Assembly: GCA_900318835.1 (NCBI GenBank)
Contig: ONLW01000006.1
Coordinates: 12,327-76,326, forward strand
DNA from: an uncultured Bacteroidales bacterium
Lineage (GTDB): Bacteria; Bacteroidota; Bacteroidia; Bacteroidales; P3
Reading direction: 5' to 3'
Length of the DNA stretch: 64,000 nucleotides
The position numbers were made by a program, and so were the translations under genes. Numbering within the stretch: position 1 is the stretch's first letter; each line of letters starts with the position of its first letter. Under the pieces are notes generated by a model. It saw only the letters and a program-made list of their open reading frames with translations. It was not told the origin of the DNA and did no database searches. Below, one piece after another: positions 53,232-61,820 of the stretch.

Positions 53232-54259
53232 AAAAAGTCCTTATCATATCCTCGCCTTTTTATGACTACCAAATCAGCGTGGGTAGGGCGTTTGAGGAGC
53301 TCGGCTACCAAATAAAGATTGAGACATATGACGATCCTATTCATCCGTTTAGGGGTTTGCTGAAATGGAGGCACAAGTTCGCTCGCGATAAGGAATCTCT
53401 TCGTGCACAAAGCCGAGCTAAGTATGATGCCTACATTAAGCAGGTATATGATAACTACCAACCCGACATTGTGTTCTCCTACAACGGTACTATTCTGCTG
53501 GATGAACGTTTGGACTATTTTAGGCAGAAGTCCAAGGTGGTCCTTTGGATGTACGACAGTGTGCAACGCCCGGATAGACTCCGGTGTGAGAAGCATATCG
53601 ACCATGCGGATGCGGTATTCTGTTTTGAAGAAAGGGACGTGGACTACTACGCCAAACAGGGCAAGACTGCATATTTCCTCCCGCTGGCTTGCGATACGTC
53701 AGTCTACCATCCTCTGCCTAACAACGACAAAGGTATTGATATCCTCTATGTGGCGACATTGTACACTAGCGCCAAACGTATGCGTCTCATTAAGCAGGTG
53801 GTCAACCATTACCCGCAGGCGAAGATTCTTGTCTATGGATGGTATAAGCCTTTTGTGAAGATGCCTATAAAGTGGCTGTTCCGCGAAAAGAGGGATGTGT
53901 TCAAAAACAAGAACATCCCGCCTGCCAAAGTCAACGAGCTGTTTGCCCGTACCAAGGTGGCTCTTAACATACATCATGAACAAACCTTCCACGGGGCCAA
54001 CCAGCGCCTGTTTGAGGCTTGCGGCGCTGGCGTGTATCAGGTTTGCGACGCCAATCCCTACATCGAATCACTCTTTCCTAACGGCGAAGTGGGACTGTAC
54101 CACAATGAAGAGGAAATGTTCGAGCGGATAAGTTGGGCATTGGATGAGAATAACCGTGAAGAGCGAGAGAGAAGAGCCTATGCAGCATACAATATTATTA
54201 TAGAACAACATACCTTCACCATCCGTGTAAAGGAGATGCTCAAAGTTATCGGAGAATAA
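53228..54259 (+). CDS. Glycosyltransferase, CgeB/DUF3880 plus GT1-like C-terminal domain
   Basis: MKKVLIISSPFYDY... and C-terminal NQRLFEACGAGVYQV. ATGA overlap with the acetyltransferase stop; the listed start is GTG 53216. Confidence 0.55.
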   Translation: MKKVLIISSPFYDYQISVGRAFEELGYQIKIETYDDPIHPFRGLLKWRHKFARDKESLRAQSRAKYDAYIKQVYDNYQPDIVFSYNGTILLDERLDYFRQKSKVVLWMYDSVQRPDRLRCEKHIDHADAVFCFEERDVDYYAKQGKTAYFLPLACDTSVYHPLPNNDKGIDILYVATLYTSAKRMRLIKQVVNHYPQAKILVYGWYKPFVKMPIKWLFREKRDVFKNKNIPPAKVNELFARTKVALNIHHEQTFHGANQRLFEACGAGVYQVCDANPYIESLFPNGEVGLYHNEEEMFERISWALDENNREERERRAYAAYNIIIEQHTFTIRVKEMLKVIGE

Positions 54260-54276
54260 TAAAACAAAATAAGTAT

Positions 54277-55107
54277 ATGAAAGTTCTAGTTACAGGAGCC
54301 AACGGATACATAGGCAGCCATGTTGTATCGGCATTGCTGGATAAAGGTTGCGAAGTGATCGCTTGCGACTTGGTGACAGACAATATTGACCGCCGTGCAA
54401 CTATGGCACAAATGAATCTGTTTGCCGATGATTATAATGACATATACAATAGATTGGGTGCGCCAGATGTATGTCTCCATTTGGCATGGCGTAATGGCTT
54501 TGTACATAATGCAGATACTCAGATGGGTGATGTGTCGGCACATTACAATTTCATTGCTGCACTAATAAAGCAGGGACTCAAGCACCTTGCAGTGATGAGT
54601 TCAATGCATGAGGTCGGCTACTGGGAAGGAATGATAGACGAGAATACCGCTTGCAACCCCATGTCACAGTATGGCATCGCCAAGAATGCCTTGCGGCAGT
54701 CGTTTACACTCCTATGCTCACAGAATAATGTCACGCTGCAGTGGCTAAGAGGCTATTACATCATAGGAGATGATAGCAAGAACCATTCTATCTTTACCAA
54801 GATTTGTCAGGCTGAAGCGGAAGGAAAGAAAACATTCCCGTTCACTTCTGGTAAGACCAAATATGATTTTATATCAATCAAAGAACTTGCCAATCAAATT
54901 ACTGCCGTGGTGATGCAGGACAAGGTAAATGGGATTATTAACTGCTGCTCGGGTAAACCGGTTACTTTGGCCGAACAGGTTGAGACGTATCTAAAGGAAC
55001 ATGGATTCAAGATAAAACTTGAATATGGAGCCTTCCCCGATCGTCCCTATGATTCACCTATCATCTACGGCGACAACAGTAAGATAAAGGCGATAATGTC
55101 AGTCTAA
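54277..55107 (+). CDS. NAD-dependent sugar epimerase/dehydratase (extended SDR)
   Basis: VTGANGYIGSHV Rossmann motif and YGIAK catalytic YxxxK. Confidence 0.8.
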   Translation: MKVLVTGANGYIGSHVVSALLDKGCEVIACDLVTDNIDRRATMAQMNLFADDYNDIYNRLGAPDVCLHLAWRNGFVHNADTQMGDVSAHYNFIAALIKQGLKHLAVMSSMHEVGYWEGMIDENTACNPMSQYGIAKNALRQSFTLLCSQNNVTLQWLRGYYIIGDDSKNHSIFTKICQAEAEGKKTFPFTSGKTKYDFISIKELANQITAVVMQDKVNGIINCCSGKPVTLAEQVETYLKEHGFKIKLEYGAFPDRPYDSPIIYGDNSKIKAIMSV

Positions 55108-56190
55108 TATTGTACGGAACTTGTCGACCATTCTGTCGGAGGAGTATTGGTTGGCGAAGACTTCGCGGCTGTAGGCGTTGAATCGGGGGCGTGGCTTCTG
55201 GCAGAAGCCGTTGATGTTGACGGCAAATTCGTCGGCTGTCAGGCAGCAAGCACCGGCTTTCGTGTAGTCGAGTTCGTAGCCACTCCAGGCTTCGGGGGTG
55301 CCTATGATGTTCTTGCCGTACATGAGACTCTCACAGGTTTTTACTTTCATACCGCTGCCTTTGAAGATGGGCAGCACCATGATGTCGGCGGCCTCGAACA
55401 GCGGCTCGAGGTCAGGCACATTGGAGAGTACTTCGATATCGGGCCTCATCCAGTCGGCTTCCCTCACCTTTTCCATTCCTTTGCCCACAATCTGCATGCG
55501 GATATTCACCTTTGGCAGGACATTTCTGACGAACCATTCGATACCCTCGACGTTGGCGGGCATATAGGCTCCGAGGAACATGCAGAGTGGCGGATTCCTG
55601 ATGGATTCGGTGGGGTAGGAGTCGCGTTTGTAACGGTCAACGAAGGCAATGGGAATGAGCTGGTCGGCATGTCGATGGTAGCGGCGGAAGAGTTCGTCGT
55701 CATCACGCTTGGACAGGGCGATGGTGCGGTCGGCATAGCGGCAACTCCAACGGTCGTTGCGGTCGGCACAGGGTACTGTCAGCCACCGCATGGGGTTCAT
55801 CGTTCCCGAATATTTAGCAGAGAAATAGATGGTTTCCACATTATGGAAGAAACCGACTACGCGCCCTTTATAGCCAGTTTCTTTAAGCCGTTTGGCAATG
55901 ATTCCGAAGACCGAACGGTCGACGAATACCACGTCGTAGGTCTGGGCCCGTGATACAATCTCGCGGACGCGTCCGGGGGTCAGTCCGAAGTAGTAGCCCA
56001 AGGGCATATAAACGATGCCTTGCAGGTATTCTCCAAGGGTGCGGTGGTGGGCTTCGTCGTGGATGAAGTAGGTGTCCACGTTCTCCTCACCGGCAATTTG
56101 TGCCAGTACCGTACGGTTTAGCTCGCTGGCCTTTTCTCCCCCTTCGGGAACACCGCGGGTCTTCTTGTATCGAACAGTCAGTATCTTCAT
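55099..56190 (-). CDS. Glycosyltransferase family 4 (GT-B, group 1)
   Basis: C-terminal donor-binding region VLPIFKGSGMKVKTCESLMYGKNIIGT. Its 3' end overlaps the convergent epimerase gene by 9 nt. Confidence 0.7.
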   Translation of the reverse strand: MKILTVRYKKTRGVPEGGEKASELNRTVLAQIAGEENVDTYFIHDEAHHRTLGEYLQGIVYMPLGYYFGLTPGRVREIVSRAQTYDVVFVDRSVFGIIAKRLKETGYKGRVVGFFHNVETIYFSAKYSGTMNPMRWLTVPCADRNDRWSCRYADRTIALSKRDDDELFRRYHRHADQLIPIAFVDRYKRDSYPTESIRNPPLCMFLGAYMPANVEGIEWFVRNVLPKVNIRMQIVGKGMEKVREADWMRPDIEVLSNVPDLEPLFEAADIMVLPIFKGSGMKVKTCESLMYGKNIIGTPEAWSGYELDYTKAGACCLTADEFAVNINGFCQKPRPRFNAYSREVFANQYSSDRMVDKFRTILD

Positions 56191-58631
56191 TTTTTGTTTT
56201 TACGGTACACAAGGAATATGCTGCCCGCTATCGCCAATACCAGCAGGATGCCGAAGATGATGTTGACGGTGATGAGGCGGTAGAGGCCAGGGGCTTCGCA
56301 GCGGAACTCGATGACGTGGTCGCCGGCGGGAATTACCATGGCGCGGAGGATGTAGTTGGCGCGGACATATTCGGCAGGTTTGCCGTCGATGTAGGCACGC
56401 CAGTCGGGGGCGTAGTACACTTCGCTGAAGACTGCCAGCTGGTCGGCAGAGGCATGGCTGCGGTACTTCACATAGTCTGTCTGGTAGGGCACCTGGTGCT
56501 CCATTTCGATGGTGGCAGTGGAGTCAATACTGAACGTCGTGCTCAGGGATTCGAACTCATGGGTGTTGACGACAGCCGTCGTCGCAGGGTTGAGGTCGTT
56601 GAGGGCCAGAATCTCCTCATTGGCATTTTGCACGGGCTTTACTTCACGCACGAACCAGCAGTTGCCCAGAGCATCGGGGTTGCGCTGAATCTGTCCGTTT
56701 TGCATTACAATGTAGCGTGTGTTGAGCATGTTGAGCACGCCCATGTTGATGTGGCGGCCGAGGTAGAAGTCGATAATGTCTTGGTAGCGACGCAGTTTTG
56801 CGGCGTGGTAGCCACCCACCTGATGGTGGAATGCCGAGGGACGCGAGTCGTTGAAGGTGTTCACCGAGAGGTCGAACACGCGGTAGTCCTTGTCACCATT
56901 CTGTGCGGCGAGGGCGTCCAGAGCGTCGTCGGTCTGATTACGGTACAATGCCATGCGGCTGGGGTCAGAGAAGTTGCTCTCGTCGAGGTAACGACGATCC
57001 ACGCGCCACAGGTCGATGAGCACCAGCACTATTAGTGCACCGATGATGATGCCGGCCTTCTTCACTTTTTCATTCACATAGAGCCAAATGGCAACGGCAG
57101 CCAGCAGCACGAAGGCTAGGCTGCGCCAGGAATCGCTGCGGAGCAGAGCTGCACGGTCGCTGACGAGGACGCTTTTGATCATATCCCACTGGTTGCCGTA
57201 TTGTGCGGCCATCTGCTGGTCGCTGGCACCGGTGTAGCTGAACGAACCGCTCAGTAACAGCACTACGAGGATGAGCCCGCCGACTACGCCGGTGGCGATG
57301 TACAGGCTGCGGTTCAGTACCTTGCGGTCGATGGGGCTCTTCTTGTCAAATACCGCTTTCAGCGCCAGCACGGCCATCACCACCATTGTCACGTTGGCAA
57401 TCACCAGACTCATGCTGGGTGTACGGAATTTATTGTACATTGGCAAGTGGTGGAAGAGAAACTCATTGAATGCCATGAAGTTGTTTCCCCACGACATGAG
57501 CAATGCCAGAAGGGTTGCAATTAGCAGCCACCAGCGTTCGGGACCTTTCACCACCAAGCATCCCAGCACAAAGAGAAAGATGATGATGGCGCCGAAGTAG
57601 ACGGGTCCGCTGGTGAAGGGCTGGTTGCCCCAATAGAGCGGAGCTTGCTCGCTGTGGAAGGTTTTATAGAAGGCACTTTCGGTGCCCACTTTTTCTCCGC
57701 TTCCGCCACCCATGGCGCCGGGGACGAGGAGTGTGTAGGTCTCGCCCACACCATAACTCCAACTGAAGGCATAGTCGATATCCAGACCGGTGGTTTCGCC
57801 TCCGATGGAGGCAGGCTCGCTGTCGTGATAGAGGTCTTCTGGGGTCACCGTGATGTCGTTGCCGCCACGCATGGTGTATTTGGCGTATTCCTGATTGGAG
57901 AAGAGGAGTGCTGCGTTGCCGCCGATGGCGAGGGCGCTGCCTGCCACCAGTATGGCGACGGCTATCAGGAATCCTTTCACCTGCTTCTCTTTAACTGCGA
58001 AGACGGCATATACCAGTCCGAGAATCACTCCCGCCAGCATAGTGTAGTAGGTAATCTGGATGTGGTTGAAGGCAATCTGTATTCCCAGAGCAAGGGTGAA
58101 GAGGATACCCCCCCACAGCCATTTGCGTTTGAAGAGCAATACCATGCCTGCCAATATCGGGGCCATCATGGCCAGCGACCATGCTTTGGTGATGTGACCG
58201 GCCTCGATGATGATGATGTTATAGCTTCCCAGGCCGAAAGCCAGTGCACCCAACAGGCTCAACCACGGCCCAGCGCCGAAAGCCATCAGGCAGATGTAGA
58301 AGCCCAGCAGGTAGAGGAAGAGTACTCCAATGTCGCGTCCCCGTCCGGCAAACTGGAGGTTCAACACATTTTTTATCGTGGTAAACACGGAATGGTGGTT
58401 CACGCCAGTTGTAATCTGGTAGCCGGGCATACCGCTGAACATTGAACTGTTCCATATTGTCGGCTCGCCAGTCTTTTCGTGCAGGTCGATTTGCTCCTTG
58501 GCCATAGCTTCCCACTTCATTGAGTCGCCCTGTAGCATTACTTTCCCATTCAGTGCGGGGGCCATGTAGATGCAGGCCGCAATCAACATCGCGGCCACAA
58601 TTCCAGCATGAATAAAAATGTTTTTCTTCAT
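56187..58631 (-). CDS. YfhO-family polytopic membrane protein (GT-C-like)
   Basis: About 13 TM segments followed by a C-terminal extracytoplasmic domain and a terminal TM. ATGA overlap with the GT4 gene. Confidence 0.75.
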   Translation of the reverse strand: MKKNIFIHAGIVAAMLIAACIYMAPALNGKVMLQGDSMKWEAMAKEQIDLHEKTGEPTIWNSSMFSGMPGYQITTGVNHHSVFTTIKNVLNLQFAGRGRDIGVLFLYLLGFYICLMAFGAGPWLSLLGALAFGLGSYNIIIIEAGHITKAWSLAMMAPILAGMVLLFKRKWLWGGILFTLALGIQIAFNHIQITYYTMLAGVILGLVYAVFAVKEKQVKGFLIAVAILVAGSALAIGGNAALLFSNQEYAKYTMRGGNDITVTPEDLYHDSEPASIGGETTGLDIDYAFSWSYGVGETYTLLVPGAMGGGSGEKVGTESAFYKTFHSEQAPLYWGNQPFTSGPVYFGAIIIFLFVLGCLVVKGPERWWLLIATLLALLMSWGNNFMAFNEFLFHHLPMYNKFRTPSMSLVIANVTMVVMAVLALKAVFDKKSPIDRKVLNRSLYIATGVVGGLILVVLLLSGSFSYTGASDQQMAAQYGNQWDMIKSVLVSDRAALLRSDSWRSLAFVLLAAVAIWLYVNEKVKKAGIIIGALIVLVLIDLWRVDRRYLDESNFSDPSRMALYRNQTDDALDALAAQNGDKDYRVFDLSVNTFNDSRPSAFHHQVGGYHAAKLRRYQDIIDFYLGRHINMGVLNMLNTRYIVMQNGQIQRNPDALGNCWFVREVKPVQNANEEILALNDLNPATTAVVNTHEFESLSTTFSIDSTATIEMEHQVPYQTDYVKYRSHASADQLAVFSEVYYAPDWRAYIDGKPAEYVRANYILRAMVIPAGDHVIEFRCEAPGLYRLITVNIIFGILLVLAIAGSIFLVYRKNKK

Positions 58632-58647
58632 ATTGTTACTTGTTTTT

Positions 58648-60522
58648 TTACTTCACTTTCGGGTACTCCACTCTCACGTGGTAGATGCTCATCATCTTCG
58701 ATTTCAGCATCTTTCTCATGCGGGCGATGTCGCCGTAGGAGAGGGGGCAGTTGTCAAGTTGTCCGGCTTTGATCTTGCCGTCTATCAGGTTGTCGATCAT
58801 GGTGTCGGTGGCCTCCTTGGTGTGTTGCTTGAGGCTGCGGCAGGCGGCTTCGACGGTATCCACAATCATCACCACGGCGGTTTCACGGCTGTAGGGACGC
58901 GGGCCGGGGTAGCGGAAGGCTGCATCGTCGAAGTTTCCGTCGGGATGCTGCTCTTTGGCTTTTGCATAGAAGTAGCCGGTGTAGGTAGTGCCGTGGTGTG
59001 TGCGGATGAAGTCCTGCACCTCGGCGGGCAGTCGGTATTTCCGGGCCTCCTCAAGGCCTGCTGTCACGTGGCTCGTAATCATACGGGCACTTTCCTCATA
59101 GTCGAGTTCGTCGTGGGGGTTGAATCCTGTTGATTGGTTTTCTGTGAAATAGATGGGGTTGCGAATCTTGCCGATGTCGTGGTAGAGGGCACCGACTTTG
59201 GCCAGCAGCACGTCGCCACCGAGGTCGCTCACGAGGTCCTCCACGATGTTGGCTACCTGCATCGAGTGCTGGAAAGTGCCGGGAGCTCGGCGGCTCAGCT
59301 CGCGCAATGCCTTGTTGTTGGTCGATGATAGTTCCATGAGTGTCAGCGCCGTAGTCATGCCGAAGAGTTTCTCGAAGATATATATCAGGGGGTAGGCGAG
59401 GAGTGTCAACACTGCATTCAGGAAGAAAATCAGATACTTCTCTCCGGTAAGGTTTTCAAAGTTTGTGTCCTGACTCAGCACACCGGCCGTGTAGATAAGC
59501 GAGTAGCTCACGAAGATGACGAGCGACAGCACGAAGAATTGGCTGCGTTTTTCCAGATTTCTCACCGTGATGATGCTCATCATACCCGTGATGAGCTGGT
59601 AGAAGATGAACTCGAAGGCGTTCGGAACCAGGTTGGCGAGGATGATGACGGTGGTGAGGTGGATGTAGAGGGCCACGCGCATGTCGAAGAAGACGCGCAT
59701 GAGGATGGGCACGATGCACAAGGGCACTAGGAGGACCCATTCATGGGCTTCCCACACCATCAGGGCTTCCATAGCCGCCGCCAGAAGGATTACCACCAGC
59801 ACCATGATGACCTTGCGGTTGTCTTCCAGGATGCGGTGGCGCGTGTTTTTCAGGAACATATAGAGTGCCGTGAAAGCGATGATGGCCAGGAGGAGCTGTC
59901 CGCCCATGCGGCCCCACACGTTGAACCCTTCGGAGAAACGACGTTCCTCCTCGGCTTCGAGGGCGGCAATTTTCCTGCCGCGCTCTTCGGTGACGAGTTC
60001 GCCTTTGCTCACTATGCGTTCGCCGTTCATCACCAGTTCGGAGGTGTAGCTCAGCTGCGAGAGACGGCTTTCGAGTTCGAGGGCAGTGCGGCTGCGGTCG
60101 AGGATGTAGTCGAAGGAGTTATTGCTGTCGTTTTCAGCTATTTCGAAATCGGACATTCTGTATTCATGACCGATATTTCCGTCGAGGACAACCACTTTGC
60201 GGTCCGGACTTGTCGTGCCCCATTCCTCTCCCTGCGGCATCTCGAGCGTGCGGCCGTTACCCACTTTTGTATAATAAAGTATGGCCTTGCTGCGCTCGAG
60301 GGCCTCCTCGGCCTTCACGTCTTCGGCGCTTTTGAGTACCGCAAAGTCGAAAGGCGCCACCAGATCCGCTCCACGCCACACGGCGCCCACCTTGTAGTCG
60401 TATTTTTCCCCTCGTCCTTCGTGGGGGAACATTAAGACGATGATGCAAGATGTGACGAGCATCGCCGTTATTTTATATATCAGTCCGAGATGGCGGACCG
60501 TCCCCGATAGCATCTTTCCCAT
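58648..60522 (-). CDS. pgpH: 7TM-HD membrane phosphohydrolase, PgpH-like (candidate c-di-AMP phosphodiesterase)
   Basis: Extracellular N-domain, 7 TM segments, HD domain with ALYHDIGK, and RTHHGTT. Confidence 0.8.
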   Translation of the reverse strand: MGKMLSGTVRHLGLIYKITAMLVTSCIIVLMFPHEGRGEKYDYKVGAVWRGADLVAPFDFAVLKSAEDVKAEEALERSKAILYYTKVGNGRTLEMPQGEEWGTTSPDRKVVVLDGNIGHEYRMSDFEIAENDSNNSFDYILDRSRTALELESRLSQLSYTSELVMNGERIVSKGELVTEERGRKIAALEAEEERRFSEGFNVWGRMGGQLLLAIIAFTALYMFLKNTRHRILEDNRKVIMVLVVILLAAAMEALMVWEAHEWVLLVPLCIVPILMRVFFDMRVALYIHLTTVIILANLVPNAFEFIFYQLITGMMSIITVRNLEKRSQFFVLSLVIFVSYSLIYTAGVLSQDTNFENLTGEKYLIFFLNAVLTLLAYPLIYIFEKLFGMTTALTLMELSSTNNKALRELSRRAPGTFQHSMQVANIVEDLVSDLGGDVLLAKVGALYHDIGKIRNPIYFTENQSTGFNPHDELDYEESARMITSHVTAGLEEARKYRLPAEVQDFIRTHHGTTYTGYFYAKAKEQHPDGNFDDAAFRYPGPRPYSRETAVVMIVDTVEAACRSLKQHTKEATDTMIDNLIDGKIKAGQLDNCPLSYGDIARMRKMLKSKMMSIYHVRVEYPKVK

Positions 60523-60579
60523 TTCCTGACCCTTAGTTTTTAAACCTTTAGAAGTCTACAAGCATAGAGCTTTAAAATG

Positions 60580-60587
60580 CAAAAGTA
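60580..60587 (-). promoter_or_regulatory. -7 box (TActTTTG) for the pgpH-yfhO-GT4 operon
   Basis: The minus strand reads GTCGTACTTTTGCATT, about 58 nt upstream of the ATG at 60522. Confidence 0.6.
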
Positions 60588-60697
60588 CGACTTTTTCTCC
60601 GTATGGCAAAAAAAAACTCCCGCAGTGGCGTTTTATTATGGAAAATACTTTTTGCGATTCAAATTGTAAAGATGTTAACAGATGTTAAGTGTCAATA

Positions 60698-60768
60698 CCC
60701 TTACACAACCTAACCAACACCTACTGCAGTAGGTGTTGGTAGGGAGTTGGTAAGGAGTTGGTATGTGG
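60698..60768 (-). repeat. Intergenic 11-mer-array palindromic element, copy 6
   Basis: CCCTTACACAACCTAACCAACACCTAC-TGC-AGTAGGTGTTGGTAGGGAGTTGGTAAGGAGTTGGTATGTGG. Confidence 0.8.
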
Positions 60769-60959
60769 TTTATCTATATTTGGTACAGTGTGTTAGGTTC
60801 GAAATCGGGATTTTGTCGCAGAAACTGGTGGCTATAGCGGTTTTGATTTTGTGAAATTAACTTAATAAATGTTAAATAGCGATGGATGTTTCTTGTTGAA
60901 AAACCTCCATGTTTTGGCAGCACCATATTTTTATTATGTTTTTTTTCTGTGTGACGCAA

Positions 60960-60967
60960 TATTTTTG
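60960..60967 (+). promoter_or_regulatory. -7 box (TAttTTTG) for the 61032 gene
   Basis: CAATATTTTTGAG, 65 nt upstream of the ATG. Confidence 0.5.
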
Positions 60968-61031
60968 AGTTTTGCAAGTTATTGATTAAAATTAGGACTA
61001 ATATAATTGAAAATAATAAAAAAACAATAAA

Positions 61032-61787
61032 ATGAAGAAAGCATTTGTTTTGGCAGCTGCTGTGCTGCTGGGAATGGGCACCATGATGGCCCAGAATTCG
61101 TTCAAGGGTATCGTGAAGTACAAGGTGGAGTCTACCGGCTCCGTTTCGATGACCATCCCCGAGGAGATTGCCACGGCTGAGATTAAGGTCGACGGTGACA
61201 ATATGTTCACCAAGAGCGCCATCTTTATGAGCGGCATGGGTACCGAGTGTGTTCTGATCAGCGGTCTCAGCAATACCAGCTGTCTCGACCTCAGTAGCTT
61301 GCTGAGTTATCTGCGTGCCCAGGGTTCGGAGTTTACCTATGAGGGCACTGGCAAGATTATCGTGAAGAATACTGCCAAGGAGAGCGCTTTCGACTCGCTC
61401 GAAATCAAGGATACCGAGCCCGGCCATTTCTACTATGAGTATGTCTCCGGCGAGACCAAGGAGATTGCCGGTGTGAATGCCAAGAAGATGATCCGCCACA
61501 TGTATGACGAGGAGGGTGTCGACCATCCCATGACGATGTGGTACACCGACGAGATTGGCCCTAGAATCAATATCCTCTTCAATGGTATCAAAGGCATGCC
61601 CTTGGAGTGCACCATGGATGCCGGCGAGGGTAAGGCTATCACCTACACGGCCACTGAAATTGTCAAAGGTAAGGTCAAGGAAGCCGACTTCCTGTTGCCC
61701 GACGGTTACGACACGCTCAGCGACGAGGAGATGGAGGAGTTTGGTCAGCAGCTGATGGAAGAGCTTGAGCTGCTGCAGGGGGAATAA
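61032..61787 (+). CDS. Secreted protein of unknown function
   Basis: Signal peptide MKKAFVLAAAVLLGMGTMMAQ. 251 aa with an acidic C-terminal tail. Family not recognised with confidence. Confidence 0.4.
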   Translation: MKKAFVLAAAVLLGMGTMMAQNSFKGIVKYKVESTGSVSMTIPEEIATAEIKVDGDNMFTKSAIFMSGMGTECVLISGLSNTSCLDLSSLLSYLRAQGSEFTYEGTGKIIVKNTAKESAFDSLEIKDTEPGHFYYEYVSGETKEIAGVNAKKMIRHMYDEEGVDHPMTMWYTDEIGPRINILFNGIKGMPLECTMDAGEGKAITYTATEIVKGKVKEADFLLPDGYDTLSDEEMEEFGQQLMEELELLQGE

Positions 61788-61820
61788 ACGGGTTTAAGAT
61801 TTAAGGTTTTAAGATTAAAG

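Noticed and set aside
48111-55107. The AT-rich cassette as a mobile genomic island
   Set aside because: I found no integrase, transposase, tRNA-adjacent att site or flanking direct repeats. The only tRNA is 34 kb away. Replacement by homologous recombination in a glycan locus is the simpler explanation.
55147-58445. Plus-strand ORFs 55147-55953, 56100-57035 and 57645-58445
   Set aside because: They are antisense shadows of the GT4 and YfhO genes.
60774-61526. A 250-aa minus-strand ORF spanning the intergenic region and the 61032 gene
   Set aside because: It covers a promoter-containing AT-rich spacer and is antisense to a gene with a clean signal peptide. Its C-terminal part is low-complexity translated AT-rich DNA.
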